From contig JBNZDD010013686.1 in NCBI GenBank assembly GCA_050575255.1, positions 785,769 to 849,768 on the forward strand: a stretch of DNA of 64,000 bases. Reading direction: 5' to 3'. Within the stretch, counting starts at the first letter, position 1. Every line of letters begins with the position of its first letter. The position numbers were made by a program, and so were the translations under genes. This document shows positions 13,627 through 26,940 of the stretch, piece by piece. The stretch comes from Harriotta raleighana (lineage: Eukaryota). The notes beneath the pieces are model-generated. The model was not told the origin of the DNA, made no database searches, and saw nothing but the letters and a program-made list of their open reading frames with translations.

Positions 13627-14717
13627 TGTTTTTCCAGATGGGCGAGCCAAATCCAATACGTTTTGCCGAATGTTTCATTATTTCTTTAAAAATATTTTAA
13701 TGGAGAATCAAAATTTGAGTTATAATACACTCAACGACTTAATCTAGATAAGAAATGAATGCATTTTGGCGTAACTGGAGGTAAATAAAATTCATGATTG
13801 TGGCATCAATCCAAAGGTCTTGATTAAAATGGATCAGGACTGACGGGCAAAAAGCCTTTACTCTGCCAATATTTCTTGAACTAAATTTGATTACTTTCTA
13901 TACTGGAGCGGGAGTAAGTTTGTCCGAAGTATAATGTGTGCCATTCTTTGACCTGCACTATATTGTGTAGTTGTGGTGGGTGGCAGCATATTGTTCCACT
14001 GATGCACTTATTGAAAGGAGACATTTCATTGCACTCTGAACCCAAAAGGTTTGATCACCCGATATCAATTTCCACAGCAGTGTTTATGTGGTTTCAACAC
14101 AGCTCAATAGAAAAGTTGACATGTCAGTAGTGGTGGCAGAGATATGTCATCCTGCTGTAGCTCTCTTCCAATTCTTGTCCCAGCTGCCTCATGCCTTGTA
14201 CAGCAATAACCACTTACATTTGTAGAGCACCTTTCACACCAGGAGAACATCCCAAAGCCCCAGACAGTCATGGATCTGCAATCTCCTAATAGGTAGCGCG
14301 GAGAGCGACGGGAAGAGGTTCAGAGCGAGAGGTATGAGAAGGTGACGGCACTATTATTGACTCTGAGTTGGAAAACCTGCCTCCGTCACTTGACCGCAGT
14401 GATTAATCTTTTGGCTTTTATTATAATATGTGCACTTTCATTCTAATGTACATGACCCGTTGCGCTGCTAGGTTACATTCACCACTTATGTGGATACAGG
14501 ACGCTAAGCCACAATTCAGTATCATGGTCCAATACCAAATAGGAATCCCCACATGTATCTGCACTATGAGCCACAACTGTATCAATCCACTGTGAGAATT
14601 AAACTTTGCTCCATACATGCATCACGTTTCATTTGGAATAGCCATAATAGTCTGAATACCTTAATTATTCAGCTATTAAACACATAGGAGGTATAATCCA
14701 AATCCTAACAATGGGAA

Positions 14718-14894
14718 AATAATAATAATCCTGCATTTGATATAGCACCTTATCCCGATATCGAGCTATCTCAAAACACTTCACAGAATATACTGTAAAA
14801 TGTATATTTGTAAGAGAAACACGGTAGCCAATTGTGCATAATAGTGTCCCAGAAACAATTGATTCAGTGCCCAATTTTTTTTAAGGGATTATTA
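14718..14894 (-). mobile_element. Main SINE, 5'-truncated
   Basis: (AAT)n, tail and body match the family. Confidence 0.85.
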
Positions 14895-17800
14895 AATAAA
14901 AGTCCCACATAGCAGAGACTTATAATCATATACAAGCTACTACAAGCCTCAACCCAACCCAACATTCCACTTTAGTTTGCTTGAACTAGGAAAAAAAAGT
15001 TGAAAAGAACATTAAACTTGAAACATCCAGAATAAGCAATCAATTGCCACTGTTAACTGGCAGTAGGGACATGACAGTTCTGATAGGCAGTCAAGAATTT
15101 ATAAATCGTTGTATGTTCAAAGTGACAGGTTGCCTAAAACATGACAGGTTGTTATCCTTGTAATAACATTGTTATTGAATGATTTCATTCTAACATTTAT
15201 GAAATTATTAAAGAACTGCATTTTAGTCACTATTACAGCTTTATACAAAATTTATAGTTAACATTTAAAATGAGCTTCACAGAATTGAAGGCTCGCATAG
15301 CAATATGATTTGCTATACAAGAACTGGGTGCTGTACAATGTCTGTGGAGGAAGTTGGTTGCAGCCAAAAATACGCACATGACAATTTACGAATCTTAACT
15401 GGTCCATCAGAAATAAATTAGATCAGCGCAAAAAATGGAGGAAAACATAGAGGCCACATAACCTTGGCTGCTACCTGATTGTAAGTGGGTTAGAGCATGG
15501 TGCTGCCCAAAGATCTTTTTGCAAGTTGAGAATTTGTTCAGGTAAAGAAAGGCATGATTCCCTCTCTAACAAAACAGGATGTCATCATCTAGTGAAACAA
15601 AATCTACCTTTATAAAGTAATGAAAGTTTCTATTCAGCAACTTAAACCACTATCCTTTTCCCCTGCACTGGATATTAAATGAAGCCAGACTAGCAACTAA
15701 AACACTGGAATTGAGTATTTCAAGGTGTTTTACCTCAGGGGCTTTCTTCAGTGTACAGCAAAGCTTTAAATTTAACAAATCTATGTTAATCCAATGCCTG
15801 CCTAACTAAAAGTACAGTATAATAACTTGCAAGTGATTTGTTTACAAATCCACAAACCTTGGGAGTGTAATAAAGTCAATTATTCCATAAATTTCTGCAT
15901 TGAATTGTAGACTCATATTTGGTCATGCAGCAATAGCTTTGGTCTGCTAGCTCAGTATTAAAATACACCTGGAGTACACAACAACACTGCAGTGAAATGG
16001 TGACATTCCTCCTCATATCAGAGTTTGAATGGTCATAATTTATGCTCCCAAGAGTTATGCAGCTGGCAGGACTCACTGGTTCACTCTCTATAAAACATGG
16101 GTTTCTGACATGAATCCTCCATCTATGAAGGATTAAACGCGACTACTCTGAGGCAATATCACAATAATAATTTCCTTCATCTTTTAGAAGCAGCTTCTGG
16201 GTACCATAAGTTTTTGCTGGTAAAATAGCAAAGATTCTGCAATGGAGCTGGTAGCTATAAAATGTAATGATACCAAAGAAATCCCAGGACTGCAGTTTGA
16301 AAAGAACCTTCATTGCCCGTTTGGGGGCTTGTAGGACAGCGAGAAAGAGGAACACCGAATTCCCCAAACTTAGCCAAGTCATTAAGGGAGTCACTGAAGA
16401 GCCATGAAGCCCTTCTCAATTCAGCATGACTTACTCGTGACTGGCTCAACATGACAGAAGCAGAGTAATGGAAGCGGTCACCATCCCCTTTCTCAGCTGA
16501 GAACAGTGTATTTTTCTGGGGGGACAATTTTTCCTGAATGAGAAAAAGAAACGAGTTGTATACCTGTCAATGTGTGATCAATGAATATGGTCATTAAATA
16601 CGGGTCACTGAAGCTGTAAATGTATTTACTGTGGTTACAATAGCAACGACAATTTGTTGGATTTTGCAGCAACGGCGTCTTGGAGCGCTTCCCAATAACG
16701 GATCCCAAGGCCGAGCCAGGGGGAGGGGGAAGAAGGTGATCGAAAGCGCAATCGAAAAGGTTAGGCTGATATAGAGAAATTAGAAAATAATGCTGAATGT
16801 CCAACATAAAAATTGTGAACAATTTCATTAACAGCTCTTGCACACTTAGCAAAATTTGGTAATCATTTTGAAATAAATTGAAAGGTAAGGCTTTACGTGT
16901 ATTCAAGTCAAATTCGTGCTTCACAACTATTCCAATATCAGTTAAAAATTGGATCTGCAGTCCATCTATCACAAGGGCAGTGTGTCCCAGAACAAATGCT
17001 GGCTTCATAAAAGAGGAAAAGATTTCCTATCCATTATGCATGAGATATTTGCAGGCTGCAAAATCCAAGGTGTTTAGATTGAAACAAACATAATGTTATC
17101 AGACACAGAAGATGTGTTCCTCATTTAAATTGCTCTTTTCATGTCGACCTACAAAGGTAACATTTAAATATCAAAAATCAGGCTGCATACCTCCACTTTC
17201 ATAGGTCTCTAGTTGCTCACAAAGTGTCAGTTATTTTAGCTTTTCTAAATTTATGTAAAGCAGAGAGTGATACAAATATTTCAGAGATATACCAACATCA
17301 GATATACCAACATCAGTTTCAAGGTCAGTGAAAAGCATTCCCTAAAACAACATATTTTCTGAACCAGAGGTTCCATTGCAGCATACAATCAAAGTCTTTT
17401 CAGCAAATTCATGAATAGTTATTTTTGTGTGTATGTGTGGCATAGAAGGTGGCTGCTTGGCCTATGGTGTCCGTTTGGCTCCCAAAATAACAAAATAAAG
17501 CCTAACAAATCTTCTAATTGTTAAAATAATGATTGGAAGGCATTGAAGTACGATATAGGCAGATCTGAAAAGATCAATAATTTACAAACCAATACTGTAA
17601 CAACAAATTGCATTTATATAACCCCTTTCAAATCAGGAGGATTTAGACCTAGATAAGAAGCAATATTGGGAATAATATCAATGGAAATACGGTGCACATA
17701 TGGCTGGTTTTTATGCTTTATATCACCTCTGACCATTTCACACAATTGCTCTGTGAAAAACAAATAAAGTAATAATTGGAGACCCTCTCTTTTGCAGCTT

Positions 17801-18757
17801 CTATGAAAATGATCTAAATCCGCCCACAAAATATAGTCAATTTATTTTATGGTATATTCTGGAAGCACTTTGAGATGTCTGAAAGATGTGATCCAAGTTT
17901 AGTGCATAAAGTTTTAGTACAGTACTAAGCTTTTAGTAAGGTTGGTTACACTAGATCTAGAATTCCTACTATAATTTAAATTCAAAGGCAATCTGCTCTT
18001 ATTTTAAGGCATTATTGTTGAATGGATTTCACTTCCGACTGCAATTTATTTATTTTCATTTTAAAGAGGTGGCTAATCGTAAACCATCCAACTGTAAACT
18101 ATTTGAAAGTTTGCAACTGAAGTATGACATTCTCTCTCAGTTGGATGGACAAGTCCAATATGTGCTAGTTTAATGACATTTGTATATTAAGTATTTTCAA
18201 ATGCTGCAATGCAAATGCAGTTTGGCAAGCCTAGTGTTGGCTCTATAAATGTAATTTTGTTGTTGTTGTTGGTGGTGGTGGTGCATCTGTATAAGCTATC
18301 ATATGACTGAGAAACAACTGCCAAGCAAATTCTTACAAATATAAATTTTAAAGTTTGTGCACTAGAAAACAAAATCTTAATATAATGGCACAAGTTTAGT
18401 GAGCTGTTTGGAATGTATGCATCCAAACATCAGCATGTACAGCACATGCCCTAAACTCAGAGACAGACTAATGTGGAGTTAACAACAGTCTGGGAAAATG
18501 TCAAACTTGAATAATAATTCAGTAATTAATTTCTGCACTGATTTTAGAGCATAATAGCCAGAAACCGAGGAATAATTAGAATATAATTTATGCACAGTAG
18601 ATTAGGCAGAATGAACACAAACCTACAGATTTGCAAACTATGCAACAATTAAAATATTTTTTGTATGAATATTATATGCTGGGTAGTTTTATGAAATACT
18701 ACATCATCATTTTGAACCATATAAAAGATTCAAAGATTCTTTTTTCAAAGATTATGG

Positions 18758-19038
18758 ATAATAATAATCCTTGCATTTGATATAGTGCTTTTCACATCTT
18801 TTATATAGATGTCTCAAAGAGCTTCACAGAATATACTGTAAAGTGAATTAACTATATATATGTGGGCGAAACGTGGCAGACAATTGCGCACAGCAGTGTC
18901 CCACAAAGTCATGGATTGAAATGATCAATTTCTTATTGTTTTTTATTTTTGAGGGATTATTATTAGGCGTGTGGAATAAGGAAATTTACCCAAGGTTTCA
19001 GCCTGGCTGAAACTGAACCCAGGTCTCTCGCTTGTAAG
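18758..19038 (-). mobile_element. Main SINE, nearly full length
   Basis: Runs from the tail to cccaggtctctcgcttgtaag in the tRNA-like head. Confidence 0.9.
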
Positions 19039-20210
19039 ATCAAATTAGTGATCATTTCTCCTCATCTTTGATGATAGATAAAATGATAAATGCACCACAA
19101 GAAGCCTTCACACTAAGGTCTGTGACAGACTTCCTGTCAAAACTCAAGAATCAACTAAAAGCTCAAAATTGATTGATGTGATGCAGAAAAAACTGAACTG
19201 GTTTACCTATAACCGCATTAAATTTACACTGCTCCAACCACCATTAACAGGATACAATACAATGTAAAGAATACACCATTGCATCCAAATTGCATGTTAG
19301 CAATACTTGTGTAGGTAATCGATTAATTTCTGAAAACTAATAAAGCATTACTGATATCACTAGGATCAGAAAACAGCCCCCTGTAAGAGTACAGCAGTGT
19401 TTTTAATTTCAAATAGGACCTTGCAGCCAATTTCCCTAATAAAGGTAAAATATGCTTATCCTATCATGCACAGAATCCGAGCAGTTCTTCAAGGGTAGAA
19501 AAGGAGCTCAAATCATGAGATGAACATTTAAAAGTAAAAAGTTCTTTGTGATTGAAAGCATCGAATGCTTGTCAGCAAATGGAAAGGAAGACTCAAGGGA
19601 ATATCAGGTTCCGATCTCTCTAAGCACACAGCAGAAATAGTGTAACAAATCTATGTCTTATTTCCATTTCATGCAAAGATTAAAAGTATCTTACTCCTTT
19701 CCAGTTGAGCTCCGAAAATAGTGAGGGAGACAAAACCAATATAGAAATAGAAGTCTTTGATATTCCAGAAGATATGTAATCAGTTACTCTCAATATTTCA
19801 CCGTCTGGGTTTATATCCAACTAGTCCATTATATGGTTCCTCACCACATTCTTCAGAGAACATCTAAATACTAAAATTATACCATTTTATTCAAAAATCT
19901 GATCTTCAACTTTACAATAGCTTTTGGTACTGACTGTGGATTAATGAGTCTTAAGGGAATTAACAGACCACTGATGGATGCAGCTCCAGAGTTCATTGCT
20001 TTGTTCTCCCTGGTCTGTTTGTTACTGTAAAGGACAAGTTGCTCATATCATTATCTATATAAAGTACTGAGAGACCAAACAGCATGAAGGGTGTTATATA
20101 AGTGTAAATTGGTGTTTTTATATAGTTCTTTTAAACCTGTAGGGATTGAACTTTTGGAAAAAAAGGCAAACAATTCAGTTCACAGTTCAATTGCCTTTGA
20201 AAATTTAATG

Positions 20211-20347
20211 AATAATAATAATCCTTGCATTTGATATACTATAAAGCCTTATCACATCTTTGAGACATCTCTTAGAGCTTCACCTTAAAATATATTCACC
20301 TTAGAATATATTTTAACTTGAACTAACTGAATTTTTGTGGGCGAACG
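20211..20347 (-). mobile_element. Main SINE 3' fragment with an internal tandem duplication
   Basis: Family tail; ttcaccttaRaatata occurs twice in tandem. Confidence 0.8.
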
Positions 20348-21039
20348 ATTCTTTCAGCTTGCAAAACAGCATATTAGAATGATAAAAGATTGCAGGAATT
20401 GACAGCTTCTAGTGTAAATCATTGGATAGTCCCCTGCAGTTGAAGGTAAACAAAGAAAGTGAAGTGAAATCTGTTGGCTAAATCAACAAGATAGCTGGAA
20501 GTATAAAGTAAAGGAAACTTCCAATAACAAGACTATTTCAATAGAACATGAGGTGAGTGGCCTCATAATTGAACATTCAAGTAAAACAAGTTCCTCAATG
20601 CTATTACCTTTGAGAATCATTCCACTTCAATTATGGAGTCTGAGCACTAAGGAACTCAGTTCCAGCAATCAGAGTCTGGAATCCAGGTGAACATAGGGCA
20701 GAGTCAATTTTAAAGGGTGAATTTCGGTTCATTTCTCTGCTGTGTTACAGTAGACCAACTTAACAAAGAAACATTTGGATTTATTTTCCAGATTAACTAT
20801 AAATATAGCACTGGATTTCACATAAGGGTTTCAGAAACAGTTGGTTGGGATGGAAAACAAAGCAATATAGCCCTTTTTAAAAAAAAAAAGTATCTTCACT
20901 TCAGAAGCTTACACAAAGGAATAAGTGGTGTTTAGAAATCTACAGTTCTGGACGGTACACCAGCTTAGATTGCTTTTTAATAAGATAACTCTTGCAGCAA
21001 GCTGACCTTTACTAGTTCTATGTAACCCAATTATTTCCA

Positions 21040-21390
21040 CAACAGCAACTTGGATTATATAGTGCCCTCCGCGCCAGAGCACTTCACAATAATGGATCTT
21101 GAGGCCGAGCCAGCGAGGGCGGGAAAAAGGTGACCAGAAACACAGTCAAAAAGAAAAGTCTTTAGGCACGACCTAAAAATAGGAAAGGAGGGGGCAAGGC
21201 GAAGGGAGTGAGGAAGGGATTTCCAGAGCCTCAGGGAGTAGTGGCTGAAGGCATGGCTGCCAACAGCAGAACAGAGGATTTAGGGGACAAGGAGGAGGCC
21301 AGACCCAGTAGAACAAAGGCATTGTTGTGAGGAGAGAGGAGGTCAGAGAAGTAGGGGCAGAGGAGTGGAAGGATTTGAAATTGAAAGTGC
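21040..21390 (-). mobile_element. L2 LINE 3' end (ORF2 C-terminus, 3' UTR, (GTT)-type tail)
   Basis: Frameshifted PYFSDLL, GSHAFS, LWKSLP and LKTFLF motifs followed by the tail gcactatataatccaagttgctgttg. Confidence 0.8.
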
Positions 21391-22417
21391 ATGTGGAAAC
21401 ACTGTATGTGAAACACTGTGGAAACGAACAGAACTCATTTGAATTGAGAACTGCAAGTAGATCACAGGCAACATTCCTTCCACAGTGAAACTCTGGACAC
21501 ACCAAGTCATCCTATTGGAAAGAGCAAGTCGGAAAAGTAAACACTAATCATATCAAATGCTACAGATTCACAAGGGTTCCATCGATTGTCTTTGCAATTT
21601 CAAAATGGCTTGTTGCGCCCGAGCAAAGCTGCAAATTTGCTTAGGATCTTAATTGCTGTTCATTTTCATTGGACCAGAATGAAAATATTAAGGCTGAGAT
21701 TATTGCAAGGTTTGGATCACTGCTAATGTAAACCACCTCCTCAGAGGCAATCGACGCTCTGTGAAATTAACGGTTGCTTCCACGACTTCTACAGTCATCG
21801 TTACTCATCCCTTCGATGCTTTGGCATTAATGGGCTGTCAGCTGGGCCAATAGAAAAGTGCGGAAACATTTGCCCCAAATTGTAGGGGACATTTGACAGG
21901 CATTGCGGGGGATTGATGGGTGCTATTCAAGTACATTTTACTGCCAAACATTATTTTCACTTTATTGATACAAACAGAACTTGAGAAAATAACATATTAG
22001 ACTGCTGTGAAAGATTATTATTTTTTTCTTTAACAAATACTGGGTGGATCATTTGAGGGGCGACAGGACCAGTATGGGTGGGGGGTTGGGGGGACAGGGA
22101 TATAACTGCGCAGATCTGAAGGTCATGGAGATCAAACGATAAACAGACATTCAGGACATTACCCAATAGACAGGGAAGCATAATTGAATTAAATGGCAAT
22201 CCCAAAATAGGTTTTAGCGCAGTAATTGCTGAATGCAGAGAACGTACCCTTAAATAAGCAAGACCTCCTGGTTAATGCCATGCTAGTTGCCATTTTCCTA
22301 AGGGGGTGGAGTGGAATCATTTGCACTAAAGTGACGGTAACATCTAGCAAACAAACACAATCTGGTCTAAAATTACAGAGAGATAGAGGTTTTATGCTCT
22401 GTGTTCTGTGACCATGC

Positions 22418-22556
22418 AACAACAACAACAATAAACAAAATTACATTCATAGACCGTCCTTTACGGCAGGAGTACGTCCCNAACAACAACAACAACAATA
22501 AACAAAATTACATTCATAGACCGTCCTTTACGGCAGGAGTACGTCCCAAGGCGCTG
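22418..22556 (-). repeat. Type-2 retroposon tail, present twice in tandem around a single N
   Basis: Unit (aac)n-aataaacaaaattacattcatagaccgtcctttacggcaggagtacgtccc at 22418-22480 and 22482-22547; N at 22481. Confidence 0.9.
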
Positions 22557-23537
22557 GATGTGACAACAATGTGACGGTCAATCTACATTGGCTGCATCGG
22601 GATTGTTGTGGCTACAGGCTTCAAAATTAGGCTCATTATAGCAACCTTAAACGTTAAATACAGGATTTGGGCAGGACGCCTCAGCCTGATCAGCCTAAAG
22701 CCACAGCCTGGGAAAATCATTCCTTTTCTGCCGCATTTAATTTTGTACAAATGATGTGGCCAATCTCATAAGCCAAATAGTTCTCGAAATATATAGGCAG
22801 AATATCAAATTGATTTCACATGCTGAAGGCAGCCGAGTACGATCAGCAGGTTAAAAATAAAGGAATCAAACAGCTGTGCGTGTGTATGCGCTAGTACTCA
22901 GCGAGCAACAACCGTAACCATAGCAACAGGAGCCTAAATGCCACTGAGCGCTTGGAGGGTCAGGACAAAAAACACATAACATGAGGGGGAGGATGGGGGC
23001 AACAAAGCTGGCACAAAGTAGCCGGGAAGTCCTTTCACTCTGGCTCTCAGGAGTCAACAGCACCAAGTTCCTATGGCAACACTAATGCTTCGAAGCACCA
23101 CACACAGGAAATACAGAAACACGCCAACATTTCATTACTAAAATGGCAAATGTATTGAGCCTATTCTTATTGTTCCATTTTTTGCTATTGCGGATTCTAA
23201 ACTCGTCGCTTAGGACAAAGTCGGCATTAGGTATCTTGGCATTTGATGCATCAACGAGTCACAACATCTCGATGTCCTTCACAGGATTTGACTGTAAAGT
23301 GTAGTAGTGCCTGTTGACTTGTAGACAAATGCCTATAGATTATGCCAGGAGGGAAGAAAATCTGTACAGTACACTCTTAATTTCAGCAGTCATGAGCTGC
23401 AAACCGTTATGTTTCAATGATTTTCTTTGGAATGTGCTGTGCTTTGGAATGGACATGTGTAGTTGTGTGGTTTCCATGGTTAAAGGCACTTGTTGTATCA
23501 TGCAATGACTACCAATGAATTCTATCAATATCCACTT

Positions 23538-23626
23538 TGGGCTGCCTGTTCCAGTGAACATTAAATAGCGCAGACACTCTTCGCAAAGAAGGGATTTCTC
23601 CTGGTATCCTGTCCAATAATCTCCCA
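23538..23626 (+). mobile_element. Deu-domain SINE fragment
   Basis: tttctcctggtatcctg is shared with 38777-38792. Confidence 0.6.
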
Positions 23627-23694
23627 GAGGGAATTTGTTATTCACTTCAGGGCTGTTATTGGGGTAAGATATTGAGGTAAAGTACATTGCAGGT

Positions 23695-24005
23695 TAAACA
23701 GTGGACTATTCTTCCTGCGTCGAGATGTCCATTACAATGAAATGAGAGCCAGGATGATTGGAACCAAGCTCAGGAAACATTTGTTCTCACACAGAATTGC
23801 CAAATGGTAGACTGTTCTGCTCCAGAAGGCTATAAAAATTGAATCAGTGGGTTGGTTAATAGAGACACACACACACAATCCTGGGTAGGACAGTCAGCAA
23901 GGAATAAGATAAAAGAGCATTAGGATTAAAATCTTCCAAGATCTAATAAACAGATGCAAAAGGCTCACTGGCATGAATAGCCTCCTCTAGTTCTATGTTC
24001 TTATA
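23695..24005 (+). mobile_element. CR1 3' end fragment
   Basis: aggaaacatttgttctcacacagaattg (RKHLFSHRI) and a terminal ggcatgaatagcctcctctagttctatgttctt. Confidence 0.65.
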
Positions 24006-25729
24006 ATCATGTAATAAACAGGAAGTGTGCAACAGAATAATCTTTGACAAAGTTTGACCAGGATACACAATTTCAATCACAAAACAAAGTCTTCCAGTTC
24101 ATCCTCTCATTGCATCTGATAATTTCTAATTTTTGTGTTTTTTTAATATGGTGCTGTTTTCTAATGATTACTGATCAGTTGCTCGTCTCAGCATCATATT
24201 TTATTCCAAAAAGGAATCATCCACAAGCAATTTATACTAAGAATATTTATTACTGTATCACGATCTTTTGAGTCCAAAGAAATGGAATGCAAGGTCATCA
24301 TTTGTGATATTTCAATATGAAAAGGGCAAACAGTTCAACAAGTGTAAGATATGCAGAGGAGCATCAAACCTAAAGAAATTAACCCAACATTGTACCTAAA
24401 TCTGAATCCATCTAACAGTACATCACAATCCTGTCCTCTCCAGATCTTTGTTGGTTGCAGTAGTTAATAGAAGAGTTGCTGCCCTCCACTGCTACAGTAA
24501 GTGCTTCTTAAAATACCTTTTTTTGTTATCAGATGATTAAGTCTGATTGCTGTTCGAACAGTGGATATCTTGTTGCCCTTTTATGTTCCATTTTTATTTT
24601 ACTTTATACAGTTACTTGCAGAGAATTGGTTCGGTCTGATCTTGGTTTGTGATTACATTAAGAATGAATTGCAACTTAATTACAGTATAAGATGAGATCA
24701 TTTCCAAAGCCAATTTTACAATTTTTTAACCTTTGAAAAGATTTTCCAGATCCATAAAGGGCTTCATTTTAGAAATCATGTTGTGGGACCACTGATCTTT
24801 TACATTCTTTTTCCACAATATGAAGTACAAATATCAGGACATCTAAAGCTGTGGTATTATGCATCAATCATGAAGTTGTATGTGTTAAATGTCACCTACA
24901 GTTGCTCTGGCATGCAAATCTGGGTTCTCAGAAGATACTTGCATTGTTCAAATTTATTGAATACTAAGAAAATTAACCATTCTGTCAAATACATTTCCAA
25001 GAAGGTAGCAGTTTAGTTTAAAACTTACATACAGCATTGCTAAAGAACATTGAATTCAAAAAGCAATTCAATGTACTTTATGTATGTTTTTAAATAAATT
25101 AAAACACACTAGTCTCTTTTTCTTCCCCTCTGAGAGGAATAATATCCAAAGAAACAAGCTACTGCAAAAACACTTTTAAAATGTTAATTGTTTATCGTAT
25201 ATGCAACAGAAATTGTTGCTTTAATAAAAGGAGAAAAATGTTAAGTTCCCTCGAGGCATATTATTTCCAGGCTTCACTTTTTTTTAGAAAAATAGTTATT
25301 TAATCTCTGTTTCTTTCTCTACCCTCAAGATCTCATTTTCTTCCCTGGTTATTTCCTCCTGATAGTTTTGCATTTCTCATTTTGTCTTCTCTCTGACCTG
25401 CGCTTTGGCATTCAATGTTTTGTTCGACTGCAAACCAAGTACAAAAATACTTTGCATCCTCTTTAAATCAAATTCAGTAAACCTGCTCAGCCAGTCAAGC
25501 AGACAAGGTCCTGGATATGAACTCCCCTAGATGAATAAATTATTCCCTGTGGACAGTCAGTCCCATTGAGCAAACCATTTTAAAATATAGTACATGGTAG
25601 ACATGTATTCCATCTCAAACCATTAACTAATTTGGAACAGCAGTTTTCCATTAGGGGGATATAAGATGATGCAAGACTGCAGCCACTGAATCAATTCTCA
25701 AGAAATATGAATTTTAAAATACAATATAG

Positions 25730-26435
25730 ATAATCCTTGCATTAATACAGCTCCTCATCATGTAAAAACACCTCAAGGTGTTCCAGAGTTTGAAAAGATA
25801 CAGGCGAATGCAGCAGAGAATGTACGCATCTCAATGTCCCACAAATAGCAATGAAGTGAACAACCAATTTTTAATCTAGGAGACTGTTGCCCAGGGGACA
25901 AGGAATCATTTCTTTTTCAAATAGTGCTGCGAGTTGAACCTTTGACGACCACCTGAACTGGCAGATGGGACCTCAGATTGATGTCTCATCCAAATGACTG
26001 CACCACTGACAATAATAATCTCTGCATTTGATAATAATTTAATAATCCACATCTTCTAGACATCTCAAAGCATTTTAAAGAATATACTGTAAGATGAATT
26101 GACTGTACATATGTGGATGAAATGCAGCAGCCAATTGCACACAGCAATGTCCCATAAACAATCATGGATTTAAATTACTAAATTATTATTGTTTTGAGGG
26201 ATTATTATCATCCATGTGGAGTAAAGAAAGTTGCCGAAGGTTTCGCCCGCCTGGAATCGAACCCAGATCTCTCGCTTATAAAGCTCTAACCACTGAGTTA
26301 CAGGACTCCACAATGCAGCACTCCCTCAGCATTACATTGGAGTGTCAGTCAAGAGTATGAGCTCAAAGTCCTAACAAGCATCTTGAACCCCAAATCTTCT
26401 GAACCTGTGTCGAGAGTGCTATTAACCAAGTTAAG
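25730..26435 (-). mobile_element. Older Deu-domain SINE (AmnSINE1/SacSINE1-like) split by a younger SINE
   Basis: tgtctcatccaaatgactgcaccactgacaat continues as gcagcactccctcagcattacattggagtgtcag across the insert and resembles the Deu domain as I recall it. tRNA-like head remnants at ~26380-26435. Confidence 0.75.
26011..26309 (-). mobile_element. Main SINE, full length, nested in the Deu-domain SINE
   Basis: Complete from head to tail; ACAAT at both junctions (26009-13, 26310-14). Confidence 0.9.
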
Positions 26436-26529
26436 ATTGTACTTGCATCATTTTCCCTAAGTAACCCAAATAAATGCATTGATTCAAAAAAATGGGAAGA
26501 AATATCTTTCTTCTCTTTGATAGAGATTT

Positions 26530-26690
26530 AATAATGATCCTTGCATTTGATATAGCAAATTATCATGTCTTCTTAGACATGCCAAAATGCTTCACAAAAT
26601 AGATTGCACTTTCTTGGTCGAAAACACGGCAGTGTCCCACAAACAGTCATGAATTGAGTGACTAATTGATTATTATTTTAAAAAATTATT
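26530..26690 (-). mobile_element. Main SINE, 3' part
   Basis: Tail plus cagtgtcccacaaacagtcatg. Confidence 0.8.
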
Positions 26691-26718
26691 TAAGAAGATA
26701 AACTATAACGAGATAAAC

Positions 26719-26940
26719 ATGAGACCTGTGTTCGAATGCAGGCAGGTCAGGGCGAAACCTTAGGCAAGTTTCCTTACTCCACATGCCTCGTAATAATCCC
26801 TCTAAAAAACCACAATACTATAATATGATTGGTCATTTCAATCCACAGCTGTTTGTGGGACGCAGCTGAGCACAATATATTCTGTGAAGCGCTTTAAGAC
26901 ATCTAGAAGACGTGAAAAGCGCTTGTTATAAATGTTGTTG
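26719..26940 (+). mobile_element. Main SINE, internally deleted, inverted relative to 26530-26690
   Basis: gttcgaatgcaggcaggtcagggcgaaaccttaggcaag...agcgctttaagacatctagaagacgtgaaaagcgct. Confidence 0.85.

Noticed and set aside
16493-17008. 171-aa ORF, the longest outside klhl13
   Set aside because: No recognisable motif. Chance ORFs of this length are expected in six frames of 64 kb.
22418-22547. CRISPR-like or functional repeat array
   Set aside because: Only two adjacent copies, no spacer, an N at the junction, and a eukaryotic context without cas genes.
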